DNA of 64,000 nucleotides from a virus: IMG/VR virus record IMGVR_UViG_3300047323_000675; one strand, 5' to 3'. Shown piece by piece: positions 40,787 to 51,181 of this stretch (position 1 is its first letter; each line of letters starts with the position of its first letter). The notes under the pieces were generated by a model. It saw only the letters and a program-made list of their open reading frames with translations, ran no database searches and was not told where the DNA came from. The position numbers and the translations under genes were made by a program.

Positions 40787-40849
40787 AAATATATATTAGC
40801 AAATTAAAATTTCATTACTAGTTTAATATTTTAAATTGGATAATCATGA

Positions 40850-41326
40850 CTATATTTTTAATTTTTTATTTTGGGCTTCTTCCTTGATGGATATCTCATT
40901 TTCTAAAGATTCTTTATCTTCTCTAGCTTTAAACATATTTTTAACTAAGCTAATAAAATTATTATTACTTTTACTAATTCTATTAAAATAGGCCTCGAAA
41001 TTTTCAGAAACTGTTAACAAATTTTCTATTGCACCATTTTTAGGCATATTCAAATCAAAAATAAAATATGAAACAACATTTAAACTGCTACCAATCAAAG
41101 CTTGTTCAAAACCACTCTCTATATGTGTTTCTAAATTATTATAAGTTGATAATTCAGTATCATTTAAACAATATTTAACAAGTTTTAAATCATCAGATTT
41201 ACAAGCATGAAAGAATATGGGTATTAAATATTGGTAATCTTTATTTCTTTTAAGATCTTCAATCATAGCAGGAGTTATGATAAATCCATCTTCATTTGCA
41301 TCATGAATATTTAATATATTAATCAT
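40850..41326 (-). CDS. Ankyrin-like repeat protein (array family, divergent, short)
   Basis: ACKSDDL..YFIFDLN C-cap; tail NKKLKI. Confidence 0.82.
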   Translation of the reverse strand: MINILNIHDANEDGFIITPAMIEDLKRNKDYQYLIPIFFHACKSDDLKLVKYCLNDTELSTYNNLETHIESGFEQALIGSSLNVVSYFIFDLNMPKNGAIENLLTVSENFEAYFNRISKSNNNFISLVKNMFKAREDKESLENEISIKEEAQNKKLKI

Positions 41327-42135
41327 AATTTCATCCTTTTATGTTGGCTTTCAGATACATTTACAGGTAAATTATTAGTTAAAGACTTATTAACATCTCT
41401 AAGGGTAAAAAATTTTTCTACTTGTTCTTTAAGTTTGTTTTCTTTTGTATTTATATAATTTTTAATACCTACTGTCATTTCTATATTTAAATCAAAAATA
41501 AGATATTGCAAAACTTCTAATCTTTGTTTTCTATAAGCAGTTCCAAAAAGGTCTTCTTGCCATTCTTTTATATCAAATTTTTCTATTAATTTGTCACTTG
41601 TAAATAAGAAATTAATTATATTTAAATGTCCTTTCATACTAGCACAAACTAAAGCATAATCTGAACTAGCATGAATGTTTGGTCTATCTTTTAAATCAGA
41701 TGAAGTCAGTAAGTATTCAACTACCTCTAAACTTCCATGATCAGCAGCAGAAGTATATGCCCAATCTGAACTAGCATGAATATTTGCATGTTCCTTTAAT
41801 TCATGTGAAGTTAATAGAAATTTAACTAATTCTAAATTATTTTTATCAGCAGATTTCTTTAACGGCAAACCATCACCTGAGTTGATGTCAGCATGAGTTT
41901 CTAATTCAGGTGATGTTAACAAATATTTTACTATTTCCAATTGACCATATTCACACGCTAGTTGAAGATTTGTATCAAGTTGTCTTTGAATATCTATAGG
42001 AGCATTTAATTGCGCTTTAACTAAAAGATGACGGACAATATCAAACTCACCATTCTTGATGGCATATTCCATATCCATAAGTTTATTGTTTTTAGTATCA
42101 CCTCTAATGTTATTATTTTGTGGTAGTAGAATCAT
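41323..42135 (-). CDS. Ankyrin-like repeat protein (array family)
   Basis: ACEYGQLEIVKYLLTSPEL etc.; tail HKRMKL. Confidence 0.9.
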   Translation of the reverse strand: MILLPQNNNIRGDTKNNKLMDMEYAIKNGEFDIVRHLLVKAQLNAPIDIQRQLDTNLQLACEYGQLEIVKYLLTSPELETHADINSGDGLPLKKSADKNNLELVKFLLTSHELKEHANIHASSDWAYTSAADHGSLEVVEYLLTSSDLKDRPNIHASSDYALVCASMKGHLNIINFLFTSDKLIEKFDIKEWQEDLFGTAYRKQRLEVLQYLIFDLNIEMTVGIKNYINTKENKLKEQVEKFFTLRDVNKSLTNNLPVNVSESQHKRMKL

Positions 42136-42614
42136 AATTTTAACCTTTTATTTTCTAGAGTTATTTCATTTATAGGCATACTATTATTCAAATCTCTAAG
42201 GATAAATAAATTTTCTATTTGAGGATTAGGAGAATATTTAAAATATTCATCTATATAGGGTTTCCTTTCTATATTTAATTCAAATATAAAGTATTCTATA
42301 ATTTTTAATTGGTTAGCACTTAAAGCATTAACAAAAGGAGTATGGATATAATCATGTTCATATGCATGTAAATTAGCATTTTTCTTAAGTTCAGGAGAAA
42401 ATAGCAAATATTTAATTAATTCTAGATGACCTCCTGAGCATGCCAACTCTAATCCTGAATCAATAAATTTTTCTGCATCAGCATGAATTTGCAATTCTGG
42501 GGATGTTAGCAAATATCTTACCTCATCTAAATTGCCAAACCTGCATGACATCATCAATGCGCAATTTAAACCATTTTCATCACAATTGTTAAACTTTTTA
42601 TATAACGGACTCAT
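42132..42614 (-). CDS. Ankyrin-like repeat protein (array family)
   Basis: SCRFGNL/ACSGGHL; tail NKRLKL. Confidence 0.9.
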   Translation of the reverse strand: MSPLYKKFNNCDENGLNCALMMSCRFGNLDEVRYLLTSPELQIHADAEKFIDSGLELACSGGHLELIKYLLFSPELKKNANLHAYEHDYIHTPFVNALSANQLKIIEYFIFELNIERKPYIDEYFKYSPNPQIENLFILRDLNNSMPINEITLENKRLKL

Positions 42615-43396
42615 AATTTTGGCCTTTTATTATTTTCTTTATCCAATATATTATCACTTAGCTCATTATTCAAATCTCTAACCATAAACATATTCTCTAT
42701 ATCTTTATTTGAGTTATTTTTTAGTAAATATTCAATGAATTCGGTTTTTTTAATTCCATATTCTATTACTAAATATTCAATCATATCCATTTGTTTATTG
42801 GAATATGACTCATGAAAAGCATGGTGAGCTAATGATTCAATATCAGCTTTTTCTTTTAATTGAGGATTGGTTAATACAAACTTTAAAATATTTAAATTTC
42901 CACTTCCAATAATTCCCTCTATTGGTCTATTGTCATTACCATGAATATATGCATGATCGTCTAGCTCTGGTGATGTTAACAAATATTCAACAATGTGTAG
43001 ATGTCCACCCAAACATGAAGAATATAATGCATAATCGTCATCAGCATGAATATTTGGATTATTTATATTATCTGAAGTTAATAGATATTTAACAACTTCT
43101 AAATGACCATTACTACAAGCAGAGCCTAATAGACTACTATCTTCTGAAAAAACAAAACCATGATTATCTAATTCAGGTGATTCTAATAAATATTTTAAAA
43201 TTTTTAAGTTACCTTTTTCACAAAGATAAACTAAACCAGCTTGATTCTGAGCATCAATGTCTGGATGGATCTCTAACTCTGTTGCAGTAAGTAAATAACA
43301 AATAAGATTGAAATCTTGGTCATAACATGCATCTATAAATGCTTGATCTAAAGAATCTTGTGAATAATGTTTGTAATCTTTATATGCTTCATTCAT
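42611..43396 (-). CDS. Ankyrin-like repeat protein (array family)
   Basis: ACSNGHL/SCLGGHL; tail NKRPKL. Confidence 0.9.
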   Translation of the reverse strand: MNEAYKDYKHYSQDSLDQAFIDACYDQDFNLICYLLTATELEIHPDIDAQNQAGLVYLCEKGNLKILKYLLESPELDNHGFVFSEDSSLLGSACSNGHLEVVKYLLTSDNINNPNIHADDDYALYSSCLGGHLHIVEYLLTSPELDDHAYIHGNDNRPIEGIIGSGNLNILKFVLTNPQLKEKADIESLAHHAFHESYSNKQMDMIEYLVIEYGIKKTEFIEYLLKNNSNKDIENMFMVRDLNNELSDNILDKENNKRPKL

Positions 43397-44199
43397 AATT
43401 TAACTTTCTTTTTATTAAGTTTAGCAGAAGAAAGTTTTTTTTCTAGTTTTTGTTCATTGACATATAGTTCAACATTTAGTGCTTGATTTAATTCTCTTAT
43501 ATTAAAGAAATCTTTTACTTTATTATGTTGTTCATCATTAAATAGGATTAAAGCTTCTTGTAAATGCTCACTAAAAGGTATATTTAAATCAAAAACACAA
43601 TATTTGGCAATATCAAAATGTCCACCACTGACAGCATTTAGGAAGAAATTATCCTCAAACTTTTTATCTGTTCCTTTAGGGAAATGAAACTCAACTACAT
43701 TTAAATGGCCTTTAAGGCATGCCCATTGAGTGGAATGCATTTCAAATTTATTAAGATTACGACTGCTTTTAATAACGGAATGATTAATAATAAACTCAAC
43801 TATATTTAATTTTCCATGTTCTGAAGCATCACTAATAAGACCAAAAAATACAATATCTAATTGTGATTCTGGATAATATTTTTCAAAATTTTCTGTAAAG
43901 TATTTAAAGATGTTTAAGTAACCATTTTTTGCAGAAATTTTTAGTGGGTTTTCAATTCCAGATAAACTAGGGTTTTCACTTAAATCTGATGATGTAAGCA
44001 AATAATCTACAGCCGCTAAGTAGCCATGTTTTACAGAATGGAAAAGTGCTGCCTGTAAATAAATTTCAGAAACCTCCTTATCAATTAGGTTTTGATTTTT
44101 TAAAAGTTCTTGGATAAGACTTATATCATTTTTTGATTGAGCTAATGTAAAAACTAGTTCGAATTCATTCAATAATTCTTGTGGTGTCTTTTTATTCAT
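43393..44199 (-). CDS. Ankyrin-like repeat protein (array family, divergent)
   Basis: SAKNGYL/ASEHGKL/ACLKGHL; tail KKKVKL. Confidence 0.85.
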   Translation of the reverse strand: MNKKTPQELLNEFELVFTLAQSKNDISLIQELLKNQNLIDKEVSEIYLQAALFHSVKHGYLAAVDYLLTSSDLSENPSLSGIENPLKISAKNGYLNIFKYFTENFEKYYPESQLDIVFFGLISDASEHGKLNIVEFIINHSVIKSSRNLNKFEMHSTQWACLKGHLNVVEFHFPKGTDKKFEDNFFLNAVSGGHFDIAKYCVFDLNIPFSEHLQEALILFNDEQHNKVKDFFNIRELNQALNVELYVNEQKLEKKLSSAKLNKKKVKL

Positions 44200-44224
44200 A
44201 TTTTATTTCCAATAATTGAATTAA

Positions 44225-45013
44225 TTATAGTTTTGGCTTTTTAATATTAGAATCATTATTTAAGTCATACTTTAATTCAGAATTTAAGTCTTTAACATTG
44301 AATATAGTTTTAATAACTTTATTTTCTGGTTGATTAATATATCTATCAATATCTACTGTTTTTTGTAAATTTTTTTCTAGAATAAGATATTTCATGACAT
44401 CTAATCTTTTATTAATATAGTCTTTTACTTGTTCACTATTGCCGCCAACATGATTGGATGAGAAAACACTACATAAATATGAAAATCCATAAAAATCTTG
44501 TATTATTTTTAATGAAGCAGGCTCTTTTAATTTTGGGCTTTCCAAAAGAAATTTTACAATATTTAAATGACCTTTCTCACAAGCTACCATTAAAGGGGAT
44601 TGAATATAGTTTATATTTGCTAATTTATCTAATTCAGGTGAACTGGATAAATATTCAACAACCTCAAATGACCCATTAGATGAGGCAAGATACAGTGAAT
44701 AATCTAAACTTCTATATAAATATTCTTTATCCACATTAAGATCTGTAAAGATAAAATGAACAAGGTCATAATAATTTTTTTCACTAGCAGCAAGAAGAAT
44801 CATTTCCTCAAGCGAAAGACGAAGATAATCAATAGACTCTTTTTTATAAATCTTTCTCTCTTCTTCTAATTCCGGTGATATTAAAAGAAATTTCAAGAAA
44901 TTTATATCTATACTTTTTTCCTTAAAAGATTCAGATATAGCTTCATTTAAACCAATAACAATATCTAGATGATTCTTGCTTAAGGATTTATATTTCTCAA
45001 AATAAACACTCAT
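44225..45013 (-). CDS. Ankyrin-like repeat protein (array family, divergent)
   Basis: ASSNGSF/ACEKGHL; tail IKKPKL. Confidence 0.85.
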   Translation of the reverse strand: MSVYFEKYKSLSKNHLDIVIGLNEAISESFKEKSIDINFLKFLLISPELEEERKIYKKESIDYLRLSLEEMILLAASEKNYYDLVHFIFTDLNVDKEYLYRSLDYSLYLASSNGSFEVVEYLSSSPELDKLANINYIQSPLMVACEKGHLNIVKFLLESPKLKEPASLKIIQDFYGFSYLCSVFSSNHVGGNSEQVKDYINKRLDVMKYLILEKNLQKTVDIDRYINQPENKVIKTIFNVKDLNSELKYDLNNDSNIKKPKL

Positions 45014-45651
45014 AATTTTGCTCTCTTTTTATACCCTTTTTCAATGATTAGTTCTTGCTTTAATGACTCATTTAAATCTCTTGCTTCAAACATTTTTTCA
45101 ATTTGGACATTAGGCCACTTGGTAAGATAAGATTTAATATTTTCAGTTTTTTTAATATTTTGCTCAAAGATAAGATATTCTGCAATATTTAAACTGTTTT
45201 TTTGGCAAACATAAATGAATAAATAATCATTATTTACATGCATATCCAATTTATTTTTTGGATTAGAGTGGTTAATTAAATAATCAATAATTTCTACATA
45301 ATCATTATCACAAGAAAACTCTACTAAAGAACTATTAGGAGATACATTAATATGATGATGAGCGTTAGAATTAAGAAAATGTTTAACAGCATCTAAATCA
45401 TTTTGCCATGCAGATGTAGCAACAGCAGTATTAAAAATTTCTTCAAGTTTATCGTCTTTAGGAAAATTTAAGATTTTTATAGTAATTTTTTCAATGTTTA
45501 TTAAATCATGATTAACACAAGCATCATAAAGTAACTTACTTAACTCTTTTAGATCTGCCCTATTTTTTAACTCGATATTTGATTTACCAAATAAAGATAT
45601 TGTCGTAAAGGATAAATTTAAAAACCTTTTTAACTTCGTATAAATATTCAT
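45010..45651 (-). CDS. Ankyrin-like repeat protein (array family, divergent)
   Basis: ACVNHDL..DMHVNNDYLF C-cap; tail KKRAKL. Confidence 0.85.
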   Translation of the reverse strand: MNIYTKLKRFLNLSFTTISLFGKSNIELKNRADLKELSKLLYDACVNHDLINIEKITIKILNFPKDDKLEEIFNTAVATSAWQNDLDAVKHFLNSNAHHHINVSPNSSLVEFSCDNDYVEIIDYLINHSNPKNKLDMHVNNDYLFIYVCQKNSLNIAEYLIFEQNIKKTENIKSYLTKWPNVQIEKMFEARDLNESLKQELIIEKGYKKRAKL

Positions 45652-46124
45652 ATTTTAGACTTATTTTTTTCTTGTTTATTAGTTAAAAGTGTTTGATTTA
45701 ATTCTCTAGCTTGAAACATGCTTTCGGCTTTTTTTGTAATATCCATTAAATTATACTCATTTAAAATTTGATCTATAATTGAATTTTTTTCAAATTTTAA
45801 ATCAAAAATATAAAATTGCAGAAGCTCTTCAGAATTATTATTTATTGCTTCTCTAAAGGCATATTCAGAATTTGCATGTATATCTGCATGTCGTTTTAAT
45901 TTTGGACTAGACACTAAATATTTAATTGCTTTAATTTGGTTTTTTTTACAAGCCCATCTTAAAGGATTATTGTTATTTAATCTTATATATGGATGAAATT
46001 GCAATTCAGGTGATAAAAGCAAAAATTCAATTAATTCTAATTGACCAAAAGCACAAGCTTTAACAAGTGAAGAATTAAGATCTTCTACTCCAAGACGCTT
46101 ATATAAATCAATATCTATTTTCAT
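45648..46124 (-). CDS. Ankyrin-like repeat protein (array family)
   Basis: ACAFGQL/ACKKNQI; tail KNKSKI. Confidence 0.9.
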   Translation of the reverse strand: MKIDIDLYKRLGVEDLNSSLVKACAFGQLELIEFLLLSPELQFHPYIRLNNNNPLRWACKKNQIKAIKYLVSSPKLKRHADIHANSEYAFREAINNNSEELLQFYIFDLKFEKNSIIDQILNEYNLMDITKKAESMFQARELNQTLLTNKQEKNKSKI

Positions 46125-46717
46125 AATTTAATTTTTTTAGACATATGTTCTGTTATTGTTAATTCTTCATTTAACTCTCTAGCTAAAAACATACTATCAA
46201 TATGTTTATGATAATTCATATTGCCATTATAAGTGATGACTTTTTGTAAATGTTCTTTTATATCATCGGTATATGGTATTTTATAATCAAATATAAGATA
46301 TTTTAATACTTCTTCTTTTTCTCTATAAAAAGCTAATTTAAAAGCATTATCATTACCCTCGTGAACATTTGCATGTTCTTTTAAATTTGGTGAAGAAAGC
46401 AGATATTTTACTAAAGAAATATCACCATTAACACAAGCATAACTTAAACCACTAACTTCATGTTCTTTTAAGCCATTGTTAATATTAGAGTGATTTTGTA
46501 ATTCTGTAGATGTAAGAAGATATTCTACAATATCAAAACTTTGGCTTCTACAAGCTTCACGGAAAGGTTGATCATTATTAAAATTAATATCAACATCTTT
46601 TTTTGTAATTAGATATTTAACTCTATCTAACCTACCTAAACAACAAGCATCAACTAAACATCCTGCTAATTGTCCAGGACTGCGATCACTATATAAATCT
46701 TCTAAATCATTATTCAT
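46121..46717 (-). CDS. Ankyrin-like repeat protein (array family)
   Basis: ACCLGRL/ACVNGDI; tail SKKIKL. Confidence 0.9.
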   Translation of the reverse strand: MNNDLEDLYSDRSPGQLAGCLVDACCLGRLDRVKYLITKKDVDINFNNDQPFREACRSQSFDIVEYLLTSTELQNHSNINNGLKEHEVSGLSYACVNGDISLVKYLLSSPNLKEHANVHEGNDNAFKLAFYREKEEVLKYLIFDYKIPYTDDIKEHLQKVITYNGNMNYHKHIDSMFLARELNEELTITEHMSKKIKL

Positions 46718-47370
46718 AATTTTATTTTCGTTTTATATATCTTATCAGAATAAAGTTCTTTTTCTAGCTCCAAGTTTAATTCTCTTTTCTGAAACATTCC
46801 TTCTACAAATAGATCAGGAGTTGCCTTTAAATATTTTATGATATCGTCATTTTTAGGAATATTTAAATTGAAAATAAAATACTCAAGTATATGGTAATGC
46901 TTTTTCATACAACACATCTTGAAAGCATGATCATTCTTTGCATGAAGATTAGCTTTATAAATTAAATCACGAGATTCTAATAAATACTTTACAACATCAA
47001 GATGACCATTAATACATGCCCATCCTAATCCATTATCATCATTTGCATGGATATTAGCTTTAATCTGTAAATCTTTGGATGTAAGTAAATATTTAACTAT
47101 ATCAAGATGTCCGTAAGCACAAGCTATTCTAAATCCATATGCATCATCTCTAACTAAGTAAGCATGCTCCTTTAATTCAGGACTAGTCAACAAATATTTA
47201 ACTATATGTAAATGCCCATTGGAACAAGCTTGTTTAAATGCAATATCTCGATCATAATGAATATCTGCATGTTGTTTTAAATTAGGAGAAGTTAACCAAT
47301 ATCTAACATCGTCCAAATCTCCTTCTTCACAAGATTTTCGTAAAAAATCATTAAGTCTATCTTGATTCAT
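46714..47370 (-). CDS. Ankyrin-like repeat protein (array family)
   Basis: ACSNGHL/ACAYGHL/ACINGHL; tail KTKIKL. Confidence 0.92.
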   Translation of the reverse strand: MNQDRLNDFLRKSCEEGDLDDVRYWLTSPNLKQHADIHYDRDIAFKQACSNGHLHIVKYLLTSPELKEHAYLVRDDAYGFRIACAYGHLDIVKYLLTSKDLQIKANIHANDDNGLGWACINGHLDVVKYLLESRDLIYKANLHAKNDHAFKMCCMKKHYHILEYFIFNLNIPKNDDIIKYLKATPDLFVEGMFQKRELNLELEKELYSDKIYKTKIKL

Positions 47371-48086
47371 ATTTTTACTTTTTTTGTTGATATTGATTTA
47401 CAGTTTAATTGATTAGTTAATTCAGAATTAATTTCTTGTAATTCAAACATTTTTTTAGCATGCACATTAAGAGGTAAGTCATTCTTAAGAAATTCTTCAA
47501 TATACTTTGTTTTAGCAATATTGAAGTCAACAATAAGAAACTGCATTAATTCTTTATGGTTATTAGTAACAACATATCTAAATACCAAATCATTTCGACA
47601 ATGGACATTTATATGTTCTGTAAATTTTTCATGTGTTAATAAGTATTTAAGAATATCATATTGCCCTTCTCTTGCAGCAGTAATTAAAAAATCATTTCCA
47701 TAAGTCTCGATAGAAATTTTCGGTGATTCTAAAATATTTTGTGGTAAGAGAAAAAAATTTAGTATTTTTAAATTTCCTTCTTTTGCGGCACTATCAAAAG
47801 AATAAAAAAGCATTTGTTCAGGTATAACAATATTATGTGATTTTTCTAATGAGAAAAGATATTTGAGTAATTCAAGATGATTATAGGTGCAAGCAGCGTT
47901 TATTGCTCGTCTTACTTGTTCATGCAGATCAGGTAAACAAGGAGCTTCATCTGAATGAAGCAAAAACTTAACTGCTTCTATATCCCCAAATTTACATATT
48001 TCATAAAATTCACCAATTGGATCAGTTAAATGAGAAATTCCAATTTGTCCTTGATGATATTTATTGTTATATTCTTGTAAATTCAT
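47367..48086 (-). CDS. Ankyrin-like repeat protein (array family, divergent)
   Basis: ACTYNHL/AAKEGNL/AAREGQY; tail TKKVKI. Confidence 0.86.
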   Translation of the reverse strand: MNLQEYNNKYHQGQIGISHLTDPIGEFYEICKFGDIEAVKFLLHSDEAPCLPDLHEQVRRAINAACTYNHLELLKYLFSLEKSHNIVIPEQMLFYSFDSAAKEGNLKILNFFLLPQNILESPKISIETYGNDFLITAAREGQYDILKYLLTHEKFTEHINVHCRNDLVFRYVVTNNHKELMQFLIVDFNIAKTKYIEEFLKNDLPLNVHAKKMFELQEINSELTNQLNCKSISTKKVKI

Positions 48087-48126
48087 TTAATTTTTATCTT
48101 TGTTGTAATTTGTCTAAAACTTTTAA

Positions 48127-48135
48127 ATTATACCA
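48127..48135 (-). promoter_or_regulatory. Putative internal extended -10 promoter element (TGGTATAAT)
   Basis: Reverse complement of attatacca in the 64-bp gap. Confidence 0.4.
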
Positions 48136-48150
48136 AAAAAGAAAAAAATA

Positions 48151-48993
48151 TTAAATTTTTGATTTAGTAAATTGTTTGCAGTTATAATTGATAGTTAATT
48201 CTGAATCTAAGTTATTGTGTAATTCACGCTTAAACAATAATTGTGCTGCTATATGATTAGAATTATTTTCCATAAATTCTTTAATTGGGGGAAGGATTTT
48301 AATCTTATAATCAAATACTAAATAGTGCCAAACACCTTCTTTACAGTTTGAAGGAGTATTGACTAATTCAAAAAATGGCTGGCAATTATCATCATAAATA
48401 TTAGCATGTTCTGTAAGCTTAGGGCTTGTAAGTAAATATTTAACCATATGTTCATTTGGTAATGAGCTACGAAATGCCCATCGCAATGCTCTATTCCCAT
48501 ATGCATGAATATTAGCTCTTTCTTTAAGTTTTTTGTGAGTTAATAAATATTGAGCTATAGTTGGTTGACTGCCACGACAAGCAGTGGCTAAAACTTCTTC
48601 ATTATTATAATGAATATCAATAGGAGTGGAAAAATTGTCAGCAGTAAGTAAATAACGAATAGTAGGGAAGCAGCCATATGTACAGGCACTAACCAATGCC
48701 TTTTCTTTTGCAAAGTCAGCAACCCTAATACATTCTAATCCATCGTGTTCTCCTAAACAGTTTATAGAATTACTAAACAAACACTTTGATTTATTTGCAT
48801 CATCACTATGAGTTGATATTTCAGGAGAAGTTAATAAAAATTTCACAACATCTACAGCATTTGTTCCTGCTGCAAACATAAGTAATTCATTATTATTAAA
48901 AAAAATATCCACACCTAATTGCGGATCGTTTAAGTAATCTCTAAGTTTTATTAAATCATTTTCTTTAACTGCATCATATAATTTTTGGCTCAT
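48151..48993 (-). CDS. Ankyrin-like repeat protein (array family, divergent)
   Basis: AAGTNAV/ACTYGCF/LLTSPKLTEHANI; tail FTKSKI. Confidence 0.86.
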   Translation of the reverse strand: MSQKLYDAVKENDLIKLRDYLNDPQLGVDIFFNNNELLMFAAGTNAVDVVKFLLTSPEISTHSDDANKSKCLFSNSINCLGEHDGLECIRVADFAKEKALVSACTYGCFPTIRYLLTADNFSTPIDIHYNNEEVLATACRGSQPTIAQYLLTHKKLKERANIHAYGNRALRWAFRSSLPNEHMVKYLLTSPKLTEHANIYDDNCQPFFELVNTPSNCKEGVWHYLVFDYKIKILPPIKEFMENNSNHIAAQLLFKRELHNNLDSELTINYNCKQFTKSKI

Positions 48994-49008
48994 TATTCTT
49001 GGAAATAG

Positions 49009-49395
49009 TTATAATTTAAATTTTTTATTCTCATAATCATTATTTGTCAAATTACAATTCAATTCTTTTTTTAAATCTCTAGTAATAAACATTTTACCAA
49101 TTATTTCATCTTGTGATGTTTTAAGTATTTTATCTATATGTTCAGTTTTTTGTATATTCATATCGAAAATAAAAAATTTTAGAAGTTCTATATGATTATA
49201 TAAATAAGCTTGTCCAAAAGGAGAATCCTGACCACAATGTATATCAGCATGAAATCTGAATTCTGGAGTAGTTAATAAAATTTTTGCTTGGTCTATATTT
49301 CCACTAATACATGATTTAACTAAAGCATGATTTAGTTCATATTGATTGAAATTTCTACATGATTTAATAAATAAATTTTTATTTTTTTTGTTCAT
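49009..49395 (-). CDS. Ankyrin-like single-repeat protein (array family)
   Basis: SCISGNI..LLTTPEF..HADIH; tail NKKFKL. Confidence 0.85.
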   Translation of the reverse strand: MNKKNKNLFIKSCRNFNQYELNHALVKSCISGNIDQAKILLTTPEFRFHADIHCGQDSPFGQAYLYNHIELLKFFIFDMNIQKTEHIDKILKTSQDEIIGKMFITRDLKKELNCNLTNNDYENKKFKL

Positions 49396-50294
49396 TATAA
49401 TTTAGGTTTCTTATTTTTAACACTATCTTTATTTTCTAAACTAAGCTCTTTATTTAAATCCCTGGTAATAAACCAAGTATTTATTTCTTTAAGATTATAG
49501 TCTTGGATATATTTTTCTATAAAAGAAGTTTTTTCTATATTATATTCAAATATTAAATAATGAATAATATTCATATTTTTTTCTTCTATAGCACATATAA
49601 ATGGTGAGTCACTATTATTATGAATATCTATATAATTTTTAGCTTGTGGTAAATTTAAAATATAATTAAGAGTATCTAATGCCCCTTCATAACAGGCATG
49701 GAATATTGCTTGATTTATACATTTATGAAGATTAATATTTTCTTTTAAATCTGAACTTTCTAAAACATACTTAGCAATATCTAAATGATTTCCAGCACAT
49801 GCATAAATAAAAACTTCTTCGTTATTAGCATGAATATCAGCATGTTGTTTAAGTTCTTTAGATGTAAGTAAATACTTAACTATTTCTAAGTGTCCTCCAT
49901 AACTTGCTTCAGTAAGTACAGATGGATTTATATTTGAATGCTTCTGAAGCTCATTACTAGTTAATAAATATTTCACTATATCTAAATATCCATTTCTGCA
50001 TGCATTTTTTAAAGCTTGCTCATGACTTCCATTAATATCAGGTGGGTTATTAATCTTTGTAGAAGTTAATAAATATTTTACTATATCTAAATGACCATTT
50101 TCGCATGCTTGGTAAAGCCCATTAAAAGGTTCAACACTATTATAAATACGATTAGGTTCTGCATGAAATTTCAATATTGGATCATGTAAAACAAATTTAA
50201 CTAATTCTAAATCTCCATTAATACATGCATTTATGAAGACATCATTTATTTGTATTTGGTTTTTATTGGCATAAAAATTTTTATCAATTTTCAT
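49395..50294 (-). CDS. Ankyrin-like repeat protein (array family)
   Basis: ACINGDL/ACENGHL/ACRNGYL; tail NKKPKL. Confidence 0.9.
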   Translation of the reverse strand: MKIDKNFYANKNQIQINDVFINACINGDLELVKFVLHDPILKFHAEPNRIYNSVEPFNGLYQACENGHLDIVKYLLTSTKINNPPDINGSHEQALKNACRNGYLDIVKYLLTSNELQKHSNINPSVLTEASYGGHLEIVKYLLTSKELKQHADIHANNEEVFIYACAGNHLDIAKYVLESSDLKENINLHKCINQAIFHACYEGALDTLNYILNLPQAKNYIDIHNNSDSPFICAIEEKNMNIIHYLIFEYNIEKTSFIEKYIQDYNLKEINTWFITRDLNKELSLENKDSVKNKKPKL

Positions 50295-51178
50295 AATTTA
50301 AGTCGTTTACTTTTATTTTCTTCCTGCGAGATAATTAATTCATTATTTAAATTCTGTTTTAAATCTCTTACTTTAAACCAATTTTGAATTTCTATATTAT
50401 CTTTAATAGACTCTTCAATTTTTTGATCTTTCTTTATGTCATATTCAAATATAAAATATTTAACAATTTCAAAATTTTTATCTTGAATAGCTGTAATAAA
50501 TTGCGAATTAATATCTACATGTTCATTAATATAAGTATTCTTTAAAAGATAATCCAATGCATCTACAGAACTATATCTTCGAACATTTGAGAAAATTTCT
50601 TTATAAGTAGAGGAAGTAATATTTTGTAATAAATCTGTATCTTCCAATAAGTATTTTGCAACATTTACATAATTATTTGCACAAGCTCTTTGAAATCCTA
50701 TTACATACTTTTGTGGATCAACATGAACTTTAATATCGGGTGATACCAATAAATACTTAACTATTTCTAACTCTCCACTACCACAAGCAGAAATGAAAGA
50801 ATTAGGATTTTCGAAAATGTCTATATAATCTACATTATCATCTGTAAGTAGGAATTTAACAATATCTAAATGACCATAAGCTGCGGAAGTAGATAAAGCT
50901 GCCCCAATCTCATTATCAGATCTTTTCGTATTCTTTAAATCCTCAGAAGTGAGAAGATATTTTGCAATATCTAAATGTCCATTTTTACATGCAATAATTA
51001 ATGAATTAGAATATTCAAACTGTTTAGTAACATAATATTCTTTAGCTTTTAATGGTAAATCTTTATCAGTTAAGAGTAATTTAACCAAATCTAAATTACC
51101 ATTTTCACATGCTTCTGCTAGAGACTCATTAAGTTCATCTTGGTTTTTATTTATATATAAACTTTTATCAATTTTCAT
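50291..51178 (-). CDS. Ankyrin-like repeat protein (array family)
   Basis: ACENGNL/ACKNGHL/ACGSGEL; tail SKRLKL. Confidence 0.9.
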   Translation of the reverse strand: MKIDKSLYINKNQDELNESLAEACENGNLDLVKLLLTDKDLPLKAKEYYVTKQFEYSNSLIIACKNGHLDIAKYLLTSEDLKNTKRSDNEIGAALSTSAAYGHLDIVKFLLTDDNVDYIDIFENPNSFISACGSGELEIVKYLLVSPDIKVHVDPQKYVIGFQRACANNYVNVAKYLLEDTDLLQNITSSTYKEIFSNVRRYSSVDALDYLLKNTYINEHVDINSQFITAIQDKNFEIVKYFIFEYDIKKDQKIEESIKDNIEIQNWFKVRDLKQNLNNELIISQEENKSKRLKL

Positions 51179-51181
51179 GTT

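Noticed and set aside
10865-45651. Peroxisomal PTS1 signal (AKL ends at 10865, 19605, 45010)
   Set aside because: Only 3 of about 70 tails fit [SAC]-K-L; the -3 position is mostly I, L, N or P.
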